Assembly (NCBI RefSeq): GCF_006345805.1
Contig: NC_043000.1
Span: 50,220,001-50,284,000 of the forward strand
Reading direction: 5' to 3'
From: Octopus sinensis
Lineage: Eukaryota
Length of the DNA stretch: 64,000 nucleotides
Part shown: positions 12,284-26,124 of the stretch, in pieces
How positions within the stretch are numbered: the first letter of the stretch is position 1
Layout: every line of letters begins with the position of its first letter
The notes under the pieces: model-generated
The model's input: only the letters and a program-made list of their open reading frames with translations
Database searches by the model: none
Told to the model about the DNA's origin: nothing
Position numbers and translations under genes: made by a program

Positions 12284-13049
12284 ATCATTCCTATGAATAC
12301 ATGTTACCTATAATAATGATGAATCCCAATGTTTGCCACATGAGCAGCTTGAGGGAAGGGGATTAAATCAATTACATCAACCCCAGTGTTTCATGGGTGC
12401 ATTACCTATTATAAGAATGCGACTATCATCTCTTCATTCTTATGAGAAGACTGAGAAGTTCCGAGAATGTTAATGGACTTTGGAACATAACTGTTCCAAA
12501 CTGAACATAAAAGATTACAACAAATATTGGAAAAATCACAAATAAAAATAATTAAATTCATACATAGTCATGTCTTCATTGTAATGTAAGTGAAAGAAAA
12601 ACCTGCTCCTTTTATCAACACACACATGCACACACTCACATACACACACACATGCACACATATGCATACATATACACATATATCTTTCTAGTATTAACGA
12701 TGTAAAGCAATCTAATATAGCATGAATCAATTTGAGGCAGTCTCCCTCCTGAATAAAATGAATAATATCTCATCTCAAAAAGTTACTAATTAAAAAAAAG
12801 TATATATAATGGATAACAAATTTGTAATATTTAGATTGTGATCTAATATAGCAATTCATTTAAGAATAGCCTGTTCCATAAGTTTTCTCTATCCATATAG
12901 TATATGTTTTTTCTTTTTTAACCAGTATTTAGTCATGTTTTTTTCTCTTCCTTATCTGATTTAAAAGCCCTTCAAAATGTTCATATATATATATAATTTA
13001 TACGCATGTGTGTACGCATTATTATATATATAATTTGTACGCATGTGTG

Positions 13050-13101
<52 letters not shown>

Positions 13102-14758
13102 TTATGTGTATATATGCGTGTGTGTATGTGTCTATATATATATATATGTACATGTAAATGTATCTGGTCTCTTATCAGTTTGATTTGCAGCAGGATTGGA
13201 CAACAAAAATATCTCAAGATTGATTGCTCTATAGGTATTGCACTAGTGCAGCCTAAAAACTGCTAAATAATTTTACCAATAAAGCAGCTCTACATTACAC
13301 GCAAACAATTACTTTTAATCAATCTGTTTGGAAATGTGTAGCTTAGTTTGATTTAATTACAACTTAGGTATTCTTTTAATTGGATTCATTAACTTGGCAA
13401 ATGAAAGCAAGGTGCCATAACCATGGCTTTGGAACAGTTAAGATTAAGTTACAATCAATGATCCTAGTAGATTAATGAATTAATTTCTCTTTTATTACTG
13501 CAGATTTATTTAAGTACAAAATGAATGGCATTTTTCTCTGATTATGGCTTAATAGAATTTCCCTTTTTTTTTTCTTGTGATACTAATACCAGCACTGCAC
13601 TTTCATTTAACACTTTCACGTTCTTTTAATGCTTTTTTTTTGTTTTTTGATGATTGAGATAACTCTCTAAACTCTAGATGATACTGTTTAAACATTGACT
13701 AGCTTAAATTGTCACTGAAACCACTCACAGGTATAGAAGTAGCTGAGAACCATTGTCAACATCACCACCACCCTCTTATCATTGTCAGTGTTGTTCTTTT
13801 CTATACAATCCACAATATACAATCCATGTTCTACTCTTTCAACTATCTTCTCTTTTGCTGAAATAAAAAAAATAAATAGCTATAAATATATTACAATACT
13901 TTCCCTGTTTTTCTAAAAAAAAAAATGCTGAAATAAACTAAGTAATTTGAAAGAATCAATTTATCTCTTAGTATTAGTAAGAAGATGATGGGATTTGGTA
14001 TTATCAAGAAGAGATAAGAAAAACTATGAGCATGTAAAATTATACAAAATATCAACAAAATTAAGTTATTTAAATCTATAGGATATTAGATATCAAAATT
14101 GTATAGAAAGTGTTGGCATATTGATATTTGGATAAGTTCCTAGATTACCGATATAAACATTTCAACTATGTTTCATAATTTGTGTTTCAGTGGCTAAATT
14201 GAAAGCTTATGGTGTCAAAAAATTTTCTGGGAGATATTTTAAATATTCAGAATGCTTCAACACTAAATTAAATATTTACTTAAGACAGCTTCTATCAATT
14301 GTTCCTCTTCTGGTGCAATTTATTTTTATTATCCTTGAATCATGGAAGAATAGTTACTGTGTCAAGTAAAATGTTCAGCAGTATTTCTTCTGGTTCTTTA
14401 CATTTTGGATTCAAATTCCACCAAGATCAACTTTTCCTTCTATCCTGTGGGGTCGGTAAAATATGTACCAATTGAACACTGGAGTCAATGTACTCATTTA
14501 ATGTTGCCTCTAAAATTACTGGCCATGTGCAAAACTTGAAACCATTGCCTTTAAATTATAGTGGCTGAACACAGAAATGTGTTTGCTATTGTTTGATATT
14601 CTTGATCATTTTATTGGTATTTCTTATCTTCATGGAGTTTATAGCTTTAAAACTTGCTGTCCTAATTTTGATTACAGGAGAGGACTTCATTTCTATCTTG
14701 TACTGCTTGCTTTCTCTATATAAATCTGTTAGAAATGAGAAATTTTGACAAAATGTAG

Positions 14759-14950
14759 TCAAGCCTTTAGCATTTAAAGTGGACAAACTATCCAGATTTG
14801 GTCTCTTGCACCTATCCTAGAATGTCATTCTAAAGATAAACAGTCATATCATTGAAATCTCAAAGCTACAAGATAAGCCGTGGTTGATTTAATGCAATGT
14901 AAATAGACAAGCATTGCTTAGATAAAGTCATTTGAATACCAAAGGGTTAA
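14759..14950. mobile_element. TTAA-type MITE family 1, complete
   Basis: tcaagcctttagcattt ... gaataccaaagggttaa; internal similarity to 3270-3743. Confidence 0.7.
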
Positions 14951-15062
14951 TACAAATCACAAAACTATAACTATTGTATGAATTAAGATGATATTTGACA
15001 TGATGTAATGATCAATGGTGTACATTGCGAAATCAGCTTTTAACCATTTTGGAATGTGTTAC

Positions 15063-15082
15063 CTGCTGTCATATCGAATAAT
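15063..15082 (-). other. Candidate 20-nt microexon (IIRYDSR or LFDMTA frame)
   Basis: Minus strand ...ttcaatctacctttgcag|ATTATTCGATATGACAGCAG|gtaaca with a ttaac branch-like motif upstream; splice signals only, no homology recognised. Confidence 0.3.
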
Positions 15083-15149
15083 CTGCAAAGGTAGATTGAA
15101 TACAGTGGAGTTAATTACACATAAGTGATTGCACATAGATTTACATGAC

Positions 15150-15415
15150 ATCATTTCCTGGGTATTGTTTCCTGGGTCAAAAGTTCTACCCAAGCCATAG
15201 GCTGGTTTCCAAGATTCTGTAGTGTATGTATCCCCATTCTGGATGGGATACCGTTCCATCACAGGATTACTCATTTTCACCAACTGAGAGGACTAAGGCA
15301 ACATGAAATGAAGCGTTTTGCTCAAGAACCAATATATTGCTCAGTCTAGGAATCAAAACCACAATTTTTGCAATCAGGAGTGAAACATCCTAACCACTAA
15401 GCCTACACCTCCACA
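15150..15415 (-). mobile_element. SINE family C
   Basis: Reverse complement head gtggaggtgtaggcttagtggttagg and core cttgagcaaaacgcttcatttc. Confidence 0.75.
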
Positions 15416-16567
15416 ACTAAATCATTAATAAATAAATAATATCACCAAAATCTATCACTACTTGAGGTATTAACCATCATTTTGTAAGAGCTTAGTAATG
15501 GTTAACAGTTTGAAAATTGAAGGAGAAAAATGTCCAGAGAAATTCATTTAACAAAATACAGGAAATAAAAACACATAATGAAAACAGGAAGTTCTTTCTA
15601 AAAAGTCAGGTTAATCTTTACTTCTCATACAGAAGAGTGCTTGGTACAACAACATTATTTGAACATCAGTTTCATGTAGTTCAAGATTTTTAACAGATGT
15701 GGGTGTCTATGTTAAAGTACTTTAAGAATTGTTATTTTTATTTTTGTATTTGAAATTTCTGCTTATTAATTATAATTTCAATAATGAAATTTAGACTAAT
15801 TTATAACTACGTAAATTGAAGTTAATTCCCTTGTAATCACAAGAGGAATTTATTTGTTCAGTAACACTAAGTAAAATCCTGTGTGGGATAATAAAAATTC
15901 ATTGCTCTATTCCCCAACTCAAATGAATGCAATACATTTTCTCAATCAATTACTTGCTACACACCTACAAAATCTGGAGGCTTTAAAAAGAATATATATA
16001 TATATACTACTTGAAAACTTATGTTTAATGTAAACAAGTCACGACCTTATATATTCCAACTAATGGAAATTTCATTGAAACTCTCTATTTATATCATGGT
16101 ACAACATAATTAAAGAAAAACGAAAGAAAAACAACTAAACATTTAGAAAAAAGGAAAAACATGTTTCAGATTCTAATAAGCCCATACAATGCTATTATTT
16201 CCCAAATTAATTAATTTTCAATTTTCTGATTTCATGTGTTCATGACATTATGGAATATTTAGAATAAAGTCACACGATAAACTATTTCTTTTAATATGCT
16301 TTCCGAACAACAATTTAGCAAATTCAAATTTTAAGTGTCTACATAATATAGAACTACATTGACTGTAAAGGATTTAATAGTGATTTGTGCTATGATACAT
16401 TTAAAATCATTGACTATCAATAAAATGTTGACACCTATCTATTTGTTGCATGTAAAAATGGGTGCCAAAGAAATTGATATTATGCAGAAAGTAAAGAAAG
16501 GAAGAAAAAAAAAGTGAATATTAAATTACCAAATCATTAAAGTATTATTGCATTTGAGTTGCAAATC

Positions 16568-16569
<2 letters not shown>

Positions 16570-16614
<45 letters not shown>

Positions 16615-16665
16615 TATTATTATTATTATCATTATTATCATTATTATTATTATTATTATTTTAAT
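16570..16665. repeat. (ATT)n microsatellite
   Basis: Direct inspection. Confidence 0.95.
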
Positions 16666-16926
16666 TCTTTAATATGTGATTTACACCTATACTAAATATA
16701 TGAATTTGCTTGTTTGTAGGTGTGTATGTATGAGTATTGTTCTTGTTAAGCTATGTTCCACTTTGCTTTCCACTACCAACCACTACAGTTCCTGCTAATG
16801 CAGAGGTTGCTTCCACTGCAATGTGCTCTGATTCTCAGTATTTGATCATAGTTCTCCATGATGAGGTGTTGCACTGGCATTTTATTGTACAAAGAGAAGT
16901 CTGAGTACTATAATGCATAGTTACAT

Positions 16927-16962
<36 letters not shown>

Positions 16963-17366
16963 ATATATGTATGTATGTATGTATATATATATGAATACAC
17001 ACATACACACACACATATATACCAGCTCTGGTCAAACCATCCAACCCATGCCAGTATGGACAATGGATGTAAAATGATGATGATCTTATATGTGTGTGTG
17101 TGTATGTATATATATATACATCCATCCATCCATCCATCCATCCATACATCCATCCATCCATCCACCCATCCATCCATACATACATACATACATACATACA
17201 TATGTACGTACGTACATGTATACACACACAAAAAGAAAATTCTTGAATCAAAGATGGAAAGGATCAGAAACCCGAAGACAACTTTAAGAGTAAATTTTCA
17301 TATTTTAGAGATTTAATGTTTTGGCAATTCTATAGCTCATCCAAAACTAATTATCTTCTATCTTGT

Positions 17367-17770
17367 GGGCACATATGTGGTTGTGTGGTTAAAAAGTATG
17401 CTTCCTAACCACATGGATCTGGGTTCAGTCCCACTGTGAGGCACTTTGGGCAAGTGTTTTCTACTATAGCCTTGGATCAACCAAAGACTTGTGAGCAGAT
17501 ATGATAGACGGAAACTGAAAGAAATGCACGTATGTGTATGTGTGTGTGTGTTTGAGTCTGTGTTTATCTGCCACCACTGCTTGATAACCGGTGTTGGTGT
17601 GTTTACATTCTCATAACTTAGCAGTTTGGCAAAAGATATAGATAAAATAAGTACCAGACACAAAATAAGAAATAAGTACTGAGGTCGATTCATTCAACTA
17701 AAATCTCTTCAAGGAGGTATCTCAGCATGGCTGCAGTCTAATGACTGAAGCAAGCAATAGGTAAAAGGTA
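17367..17770 (+). mobile_element. SINE family B with internal (TG)n
   Basis: Head gtggttgtgtggtt, B-box gggttcagtccc, CORE-like ctttgggcaagtg, tail aaaagg. Confidence 0.85.
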
Positions 17771-18417
17771 TCTTAAAATGCAGTTGTTGGTTCAGAATAT
17801 TTATTTGTGATTCTAAAATTTGGATCAAATGCTATTCATAACAGTGAAAGTGATTTATCTATAACTTATGATGTCAATAAATTAGAGCTAGTCAGAGTAA
17901 TCAATGTCATTTCTTGTAACATAAAACTACTTTGTAACCATATACCATATTAAAATATACTAACTAGTATAATAAATATAGAGATATGTAAATATAGAGG
18001 TAGATAAAAGGTTAACTAAAGGAATAATAGGCAGTACACAGATAGTGAATTAAATAATTATAACTGATATATAATGAATTGGGAAAGTTCACAAATAAAT
18101 GCTGTCTCTGAGTAATACATTAGAAAACCTACCTTTAAACATGTGCCGACACTCAGATAACATGTGTAACCTAATGTGCATACATCCACAGAAAGTATAT
18201 AGATGTTTACAGAGATATATACGCATAAACACATGTATGCATGAAAACATGTACACACTTGCATGCACACACATATTTACCTATACATATATAAATATGC
18301 ATTCAATGCACATCCTCATACACACATGCATATACATATATGCAAATAAATGTACAGATACTAATATATACATTGTATATACAATGTATATATGACTATC
18401 TATACATTTATCTATAC

Positions 18418-18806
18418 ACTAGCAGTATCGCCCGGCGTTGCTCGGGTTTGTAAGGGAAATAACTATATAAGCATTTTTAGAGTTATAGCCAAAAAATAGC
18501 AAAAAAAAAAATGCATTAAAAATGGAAAAAAATGATGGTAAATTTTTTTTTAAATCGTAGATATTTTTAGAGAGTTACTTCCCTTATATAATAACGAAAA
18601 ATGCATTAAAATGGGAAAAAATGATGGTAAATTATTTTTAAAATCGTAGACTCATCGTAGACGCGCGCTAATACCCAGAAGGGATCGATATGAATCACGA
18701 CTATAAGATACCCGCTTTTGGTTACACTGCACCGCAAAATGTGGGAGTAGTTAGGAATCTAAATCGTAGGAGACAGACACACAACTTGACTTTTATATAT
18801 AAAGAT
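18418..18806 (+). mobile_element. Helitron/HINE-like element, copy 1 of tandem pair
   Basis: Starts actagcagtatcgcccggcgttgctcggg (subterminal hairpin), ends agacagacacacaacttgacttttatatataaagat. Confidence 0.75.
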
Positions 18807-18818
18807 ATTATATTATAT

Positions 18819-19203
18819 ACTAGCAGTATCGCCCGGCGTTGCTCAGGTTTGTAAGGGAAATAACTATAAAGCATTTTTAGAGAGTTATAGCCAAAAAATA
18901 GCAAAAAAATGGAAAAAAAATGATGGTAAATTTTTTTTGAGAGTTAAAAAAGGTGGAGTTGCGTCCCCTAGACGGTCTGTGGTTTGGGTTTCTGATTCTC
19001 GACCCCATGTCGAATTTATCGATTTTTTTCAGAACTGGGGGAACTTTTCAAAATTTTCGCTGCGTTAGTTTTGAATTATGACATTGGCTATGTGTGTGTC
19101 AAGTTTCATCAGAATCGGTTGAAAGGCGTGGTCAGAGTGAGGGTACGAGAAAACAGACACACAGAAAACGCACAGACAAACTGCCGTTTATATAGAGAGA
19201 GAT
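18819..19203 (+). mobile_element. Helitron/HINE-like element, copy 2 of tandem pair
   Basis: Same ~110-bp 5' end as copy 1, different interior, ends cagacaaactgccgtttatatagagagagat. Confidence 0.75.
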
Positions 19204-19539
19204 ACATTTACAATACAATCTCAGTATATGATCCAACATAATGCTTATGCTTAGACCAACTTACATATCTACATATAAATGTATACACACACACACATAT
19301 ATATACACATATACATATATATATACACACACATGCACACATATATATATATACATTCCTACATATATACATACAGATATCATACACATACACACATACA
19401 CACATACACACACACACACACACACATATATATGCATGTATGTATAAATATATATATATAAATAAATATATATAATGTATGATATTATAGATAGATGCAT
19501 ATATACATGTATACACATATAGGAATACACAGACACACA

Positions 19540-19570
<31 letters not shown>

Positions 19571-22039
19571 GCAGTGGGATGTATATATGTGTATGGTATG
19601 TGTAATATAATTATGTATATTAGGTATCGTGCATATATGTTTACCTGCACAAATGTTATCCATATTGAAATGCACACACACACACTGACACACATGCACA
19701 GAGACACACACATATACATATCCATATATATATATACACGCACATATGGATTTTGTCAGGTTGTGGAATGTTAATGTCTCTTGCTGGTGCCTTCAGTCCC
19801 CTATTCTTTATTTCTATGAGAATTGGACAACTATTTATAGAAGAAACCAGGTGTTCTCTTTCAATGATGGCCATACTGAATTAGCAGTACCAATTCTCTT
19901 TTATCCAATGTTATACTGGAACAAGTAAATGCATTCCTGTCAACACATTCTATTATTCTTTCATTCTTTTATCTGATAATGCTTTAATACGACAGTAACT
20001 ACAAGAAGGTGATATTAAATACAATACAAAACAAAATAAAACATTATAGCAATTCCTTTGTATATTTTTTGTTTCTTTAGTCACATTGCCTTAATTTCAG
20101 CATATTATTATCAACCCCTAAAGAATAAAAATTCTATAAGGGACAGGAGGGAGTTTACAACTCCTCATTGTTATTAATTCAATCACGTTTATGTTTATTA
20201 TTATGTAAGAGTGATGAAGTGGCAGAAGCAGTAATACATCGTTGTAAATACTTTGTAGTATTTATCTACAAAAGCATGAGCATGGCTGTGTGGTTAAGAC
20301 ACTTGCTTCGCAATCACATGGTTTCAGGTTCAGTCCCATTGTGCAGCACCAATGTTTCATGAGTGAATATGGTGTATAGAAACTGTGTGGAAGCCTGTTT
20401 TATGAGTGCATTCATGTGTGTGTGTATGTGTGTGTCTTTGAGCTTGTGTTTGTTCCTTCCTACCGCATGATAACTAGTGTTGGTTTGTTTACATCCCTGT
20501 AACTTAGCAGTCAGGCAAAAAAAAAAAAACACTGATACAGAATAACATTTAATTTCATCCTTCTGGTTTCTGAGATCAAATCATACCATGGTACATGAGA
20601 TAAGTATCAACTGCTTTTATAACTGTTGTTCTTATTCAGCTCCATGCTAGCTATGATTAAGCTGGTCTATGGTTAGAGACCTTCAAGTCTTGACCATTTG
20701 GTTGAGAGCAATGATGATGATGACAGTGGTGATGATGGCGATGCTAGTGATGGTAGAGTTGATATTTGTGTGAGGCACATTTAGTTATTTTCATATGTTA
20801 TAAACTATGTTATTTGATGTGGTATTCTATCAACCCTTTTCATTGTCTCTGCCAGAAACTACCTCTTGTTATCTGATATACACCTCTTGTTTTTAAATGA
20901 TCTCAATTAAAAGCTTTCAGCAAAACATCTTGTAAATATCAGGTTATTAGGGACAAAGGTATTTGATTAAATCTTTGTTGTCTTTAAAATTAATTGAAAG
21001 AATGGTAACATAAACAGAAATATAGTAACAAAAGGTTGAACTCTTTAGTATTTAAAGCAGTCATATCTGGCCAAAATATTTTACCTGTTTTATATTCAAA
21101 CTGGTCGTATCTTGCCTTTTGCACCTACAGTGTGATTTTAAACAATAAACAATCACATCATCAAAATCTCAAAGCTATGAAATCAGGCATGTCAATACAT
21201 AAGCATTATATTTGACAGAGTAACCTGAATACTAAATGGCTAAGGTGGTATATGTGATCTAAAAGAGATTTGGCATATATTTCTAACAACCACGCTGAAG
21301 TTCCCTAGTTGATAGCTACAGCTAATGCAGGCAATATCGCTGTTCCTCTGTATTTATCATTGGTGGTGGTGTCAAGGTATCATGTTTTATTCTGTAACAT
21401 ATAATTCTGAGATTGTAGCTCATATTTCAAAGATAGCAGTGATCTGATTGAGGATTATTTCGTTGCCTTTTCACTAAGTTAACTTACTGAAGAACTTTAA
21501 AGATCTTCCCCATGGGCAATGTTGTTGACAATGTTTATTGATTTTGACACATCAATATAAACTTAATGAAGAGTCACGAAATTTGAAACCATTGTTAAAT
21601 GCATTCTTATTTATTACTTGTTAATTCCCCTATAGTTTTACATAACCAAATCTTCATATCCTTTCTGAAATTTTGTATAAGATCCTTTTGAGGAAAATAA
21701 AATTGATTTGCTCTCTTCTATTCTGTTCCTCTATTTGCTCTATTCCCTCAATTCCCTAATATATTTCACTGTAATATATTTTCACAGTTTGCTGCTCGCA
21801 ACTACTCACATATCTAATCCATAGACCTTAAAAGTAATGTGTTCAAAATTTCTCTGGCCTGGCTCTGCATCGGTTATGATGACTAGTGTTCCAGTTGATA
21901 CAATCAATCAAACAGCCTACCCGTGAGTTTAACATGCAAGTGGCTGAACACTCCACTGACACATATACCCTTAACATAGTTCTTAGAGAGATTCAGTGGG
22001 ATAGAGTGAGACAAGGTCAACCCTTTGAATTACAGGTAC

Positions 22040-22350
22040 AACTCATGGTGGTGCTGATGATGGTGGTACTGAGGATGAGGGTAATGATGATGATGATGAT
22101 GATGAAATTGATGATGATGATGAGGAGGATGACAGTGGTGATGGTGGCAATTGTGATGGGCTGGTGATGGTGGCACTAAGGTTGGGGACACTGGTGTGGT
22201 GATGTTGATAATGATGATGACAAGGGGGAGGAGCAGGAGGAGGAGAAGGAAGAAGATGACAGAATGATGAGGAGGAGGATGGTGTTGAGGGGGATTATGA
22301 TGTGAGTGATAATGATGAAAACAAGAACATCGTTAATGATGATGATAACG
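22040..22350. repeat. GAT/GGT/GAG trinucleotide mosaic
   Basis: Direct inspection. Confidence 0.9.
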
Positions 22351-22794
22351 ATGATATTAGTAAATGAGATAAAAGACTGAATACAGAAACAGCATTTAAA
22401 AGAAATTTTCTTTTATAATTTTTATTCTTTTCTATTTTTCCAATTAAATTTGTGTAGATTTTTGTAGTATTTTCAACATCATTAGAACCCCCAAAATGTT
22501 GTACTTTTACAGTAATCACAACAATATTATACACATAATATAGAAATAATCTGCTTTTCAAAAGAACATTTTATATTTTAATGTGCAGAACAGCAGAAAT
22601 AAATATTTATTGAAAATATATTTTCTCATAGAATTATAATTTTACCTAGAAGTTAATTGGTGGCTTATTTCTTTCTCTGTTTATGTGTGTGTGTGTGTGG
22701 ATGTATGTGTGTGCTTGTGTACGTGTGTCTATGTGTGTGTGTATTTTATTTATTCTTCTACTTTCACTTTACTGTGTAACATGAACACTGGCTT

Positions 22795-22826
<32 letters not shown>

Positions 22827-23496
22827 TGTATGTATGTATGAATGTATTTAAAAAAATTCCCATTTAGAAAAATTGTTATGTATTTGCTTAATGACCATGT
22901 TATCATCTTCGTCACCACTACCATTACCACAGCCACTCAACTAATTTCATGTGACCCAAGCAAGCATGAAAGAATGGATGTTAAAACGATGATGTGGAGG
23001 AGGAATTCAACCCTAGTATTTTACTGGTATTTATTTTTACTGATACCAGGATGAAAGATTCAGTTCACCATTGGTGGATTTGAACTTAGAAAAATATTTA
23101 TGACACAACTAAATACTACAAAACATTTTATCCATTGCTCTATCAATTTCTGTCACTCAACTTGCCACTTTCATACATTGCTAATTATTGGTTTCTAACA
23201 TTGACTTAATGACACAAATTTAATTAGTAGAGTATGATTGATAACTGGTACTTGCTTTTAATCAGGACTAGAGAGGAGGCAAGGAGGTAGAATTGTAAGC
23301 ATATCAGACAAAATTATTGCCAGCATTTCTTTTCATTCGCTACATTCTGAGTTTAGATTGTCAAAGATGACAGTCTTTTATTCTTATGGAATTGGTAAAA
23401 AAAATACCAGTTGAGCACTGAGGCTGGTGTAATCAACTATACCCTTTTCCCCTTGTCAGGCCTTGTACTGATAATAAAAAGAAAAAAGTTATCATG

Positions 23497-23915
23497 CAGG
23501 CGCAGTAGTGGCTGTGTGGTAAGTAGCTTGCTTACGAACCACATGGTTCTGGGTTCAGTGCCACTGCATGGCACCTTGGGCAAGTGTCTTCTACTATAGA
23601 TTCAGGCTGACCAAAGCCTTGTGAGTAGATTTGGTAGACGGAAACTGAAAGAAGCCCATCGTATATATGTATATATATATATGTGTGTGTGTGTGTGCGC
23701 GCGCATATATGATTGTGTGTCTGTGTTTGTCCCCCCAACTTCACTTGACAACTGATGGTGGTGTGTTTACGTCCCCATAACTTAGCGGTTCGGCAAAAAG
23801 AGACTGATAGAATAAGTACTAGGCTTACAAGGAATATTCCTGGGGTCGATTTGCTCAACTAAAGGTGGTGCTCCAGCATGGCCATAGTCAAATGAGTGAA
23901 ACAAGTAAAAGAGTA
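23497..23915 (+). mobile_element. SINE family B, full length
   Basis: gtggctgtgtggtaagtagc head, gggttcagtgcc B box, caccttgggcaagtgtcttc core, internal TA/TG microsatellite, tail gtaaaagagta. Confidence 0.92.
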
Positions 23916-23950
23916 TGCCTAGAAGAATAAAAGGGAAAATCTGACGACTT

Positions 23951-24358
23951 TACTCTTTACTCTTTTACTCTTTTATTTGTTTCAGTCATTTGACTGCGGC
24001 CATGCTGGAGCACCGCCTTTAGTCAAGCAAATCGACCCCGGGACTTATTCTTTGTAAGTCCAGTACTTATTATATCGGTCTCTTTTGCCGAACCACTAAG
24101 TGACGGGGACGTAAACACACCAGCATTGGTTGTCAAGCAATGCTAGGGGGACAAACACAAACACACACACACACATATATATATATATACATATATACGA
24201 CGGGCTTCTTTCAGTTTCCGTCTACCAAATCCACTCACAAGGCATTGGTCGGCCTGAGGCTATAGTAGAAGACACTTGCCCAAGATGCCACGCAGTGGGA
24301 CTGAACCCGGAACCATGTGGTTGGTTAGCAAGCTACTTACCACACAGCCACTCCTGCG
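23951..24358 (-). mobile_element. SINE family B, full length, inverted relative to 23497-23915
   Basis: Reverse complement of the same consensus, with (tactctt)n tail at 23951-23975. Confidence 0.92.
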
Positions 24359-24439
24359 ACTTTAGTGAGGATTTGAATTGACAACATTAATTCTTTAACA
24401 TTAAGATTACTCTTACAAATGTCTAGCACTGCTGAACTT

Positions 24440-24755
24440 TGTCTGTTATGATGATGAGGGTTCCAGTTGATCTGATCAATGGAACAGCTTGCTCATGAAA
24501 TTAATGTGCAAGCAGCTGAGCATTCCACAGACATGTGTGCCCTTACTGTAGTTCTCGGAGAGATTCAGCATGACACAGAATGTGACAAGGTTGGCCCTTT
24601 GAAATACAGGTTCTACTCATTTTCACCAGCTGAGTGGACAGGAGCAATGTGAAATAAAGTGTTTTGTTCAAGGACACAACACATCACCAGGAACTGAACT
24701 TATGACCTTATGATCATGAACTGTATACCCTAACCACTAAGCCATGCACCTTCCT
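24440..24755 (-). mobile_element. SINE family C, long-tail form
   Basis: Head at the right end (gaaggtgcatggcttagtggttagg), family C core; its tail recurs at 21880-22025 and 61950-62130. Confidence 0.8.
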
Positions 24756-25411
24756 CTCAAATATAATACTTATTTATTCACACTGTTTTGAATTAATCAT
24801 GCATTATCTCGTAGCTTTGTGATTTTGATGATATTGCGTATTTTTAGCATGGCATTGTTGGTTAGGGGTAAGAGCCTGGACCATGACAGTTTGAACATAA
24901 AACAGGCAGAATATTTGGGTCAGACGTCACCAGTTTGAATGCAAAAGGGTTAGGTCATGCAAGTAGCTGTTGTAAGCACATTTTCAACTGAGCTACCAAT
25001 TCTGACAATTCATTGCCCTTGTTGCAGTTATAAGTATTACTTATTTGGTCATATTTACATAAAAAAAAATACAGGTGTTAAATACTGGAAAACAGTAAAA
25101 TATATTTGTTTCAATCATATCTATAAACACTTCACACAGAATACAGACAGTGCTTTCCTTAGAATATTTACAGTTTCAAGAAAATCTGACCTTTTGATGG
25201 TGTTTATGCCAGTTTTGATTCGTAGCTGTCTGTGGTATAAATAAAATTGTCAAAATATCTTTTCAAAGCATTTTATTCAACTCTCTAGCAACTCTAGCAT
25301 CCACTATTCTACTACTACTACTGTGGCTACCACTGCTGCTGCTGCTGCTGCTACTACAACTATTACTACTGCTACAACTTATAATAATGATGATAATAAT
25401 AATAATAATAA

Positions 25412-26124
25412 ATGCCCTGATGCAGTACCAGGCAATGGCTTTCATGGTTTCTCATCTTAACTGATTGGAAGTGTTATCATGTACATTGTTTTGTCTTGTC
25501 TTTATTTAAAAGATGAGCTACAGCAAATATTCTGCTCAAAACCACAGATTTGATTGTCTGTTGTTTGACCATAACCATTTGAGATGCCCTGATACAGTAC
25601 CAGGCAGTGACTCTCATGGCTTCTCAGCTTAACTGAGTGGAAGTGTTATCATGCACATTGTTTTGTCTTGGTATAAAAGATGGGCTACAGCAAATATTCT
25701 GCTCAATGCCACAGATTAGCTTGTCAGTTGTTGGACCATAATCAGTTGAGCATGTCCCTTAGTGGCTAGCAATATGTGCATCTCTAATCAGAAGCAGATG
25801 TAGTGGGGGAGCATCATAGCCATGTGTTGAAATGAATTCACCTCTGGAAGCAAGAGTGTTGTGTTCAATATCGTTAAACAACCCTTATTCAGGGACCTTT
25901 TGAGTGGGATGGGCAACTCAACTTGAAGAAAATTGTAACTGGGCCCTACCTGCTAGGTCAGGCACTGTTAATCTTGATATAAGATCACCATGCTACACAC
26001 ACATATGGTTGTGATGCATGTGCCTAGTGTACTCTTATCAGATAGGTAGTCATGATGGGTATTCTGGGCTTCATATATTTTACCCCAGTGTCACTTTGAT
26101 GTCATGCACTGCTCTCTCACTCAA
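25412..26124. mobile_element. Interspersed repeat embedded in (TAA)n with a 172-bp internal tandem duplication
   Basis: Units 25412-25583 and 25584-25750 are highly similar; flanked by ATA/ATT repeats on both sides; class unknown. Confidence 0.65.

Noticed and set aside
19760-19850. Plus-strand exon candidate encoding a hydrophobic peptide (GCGMLMSLAGAFSPLFFISMRIGQLFIEET)
   Set aside because: Weak acceptor and poor donor (GTGTTC); no recognisable family.
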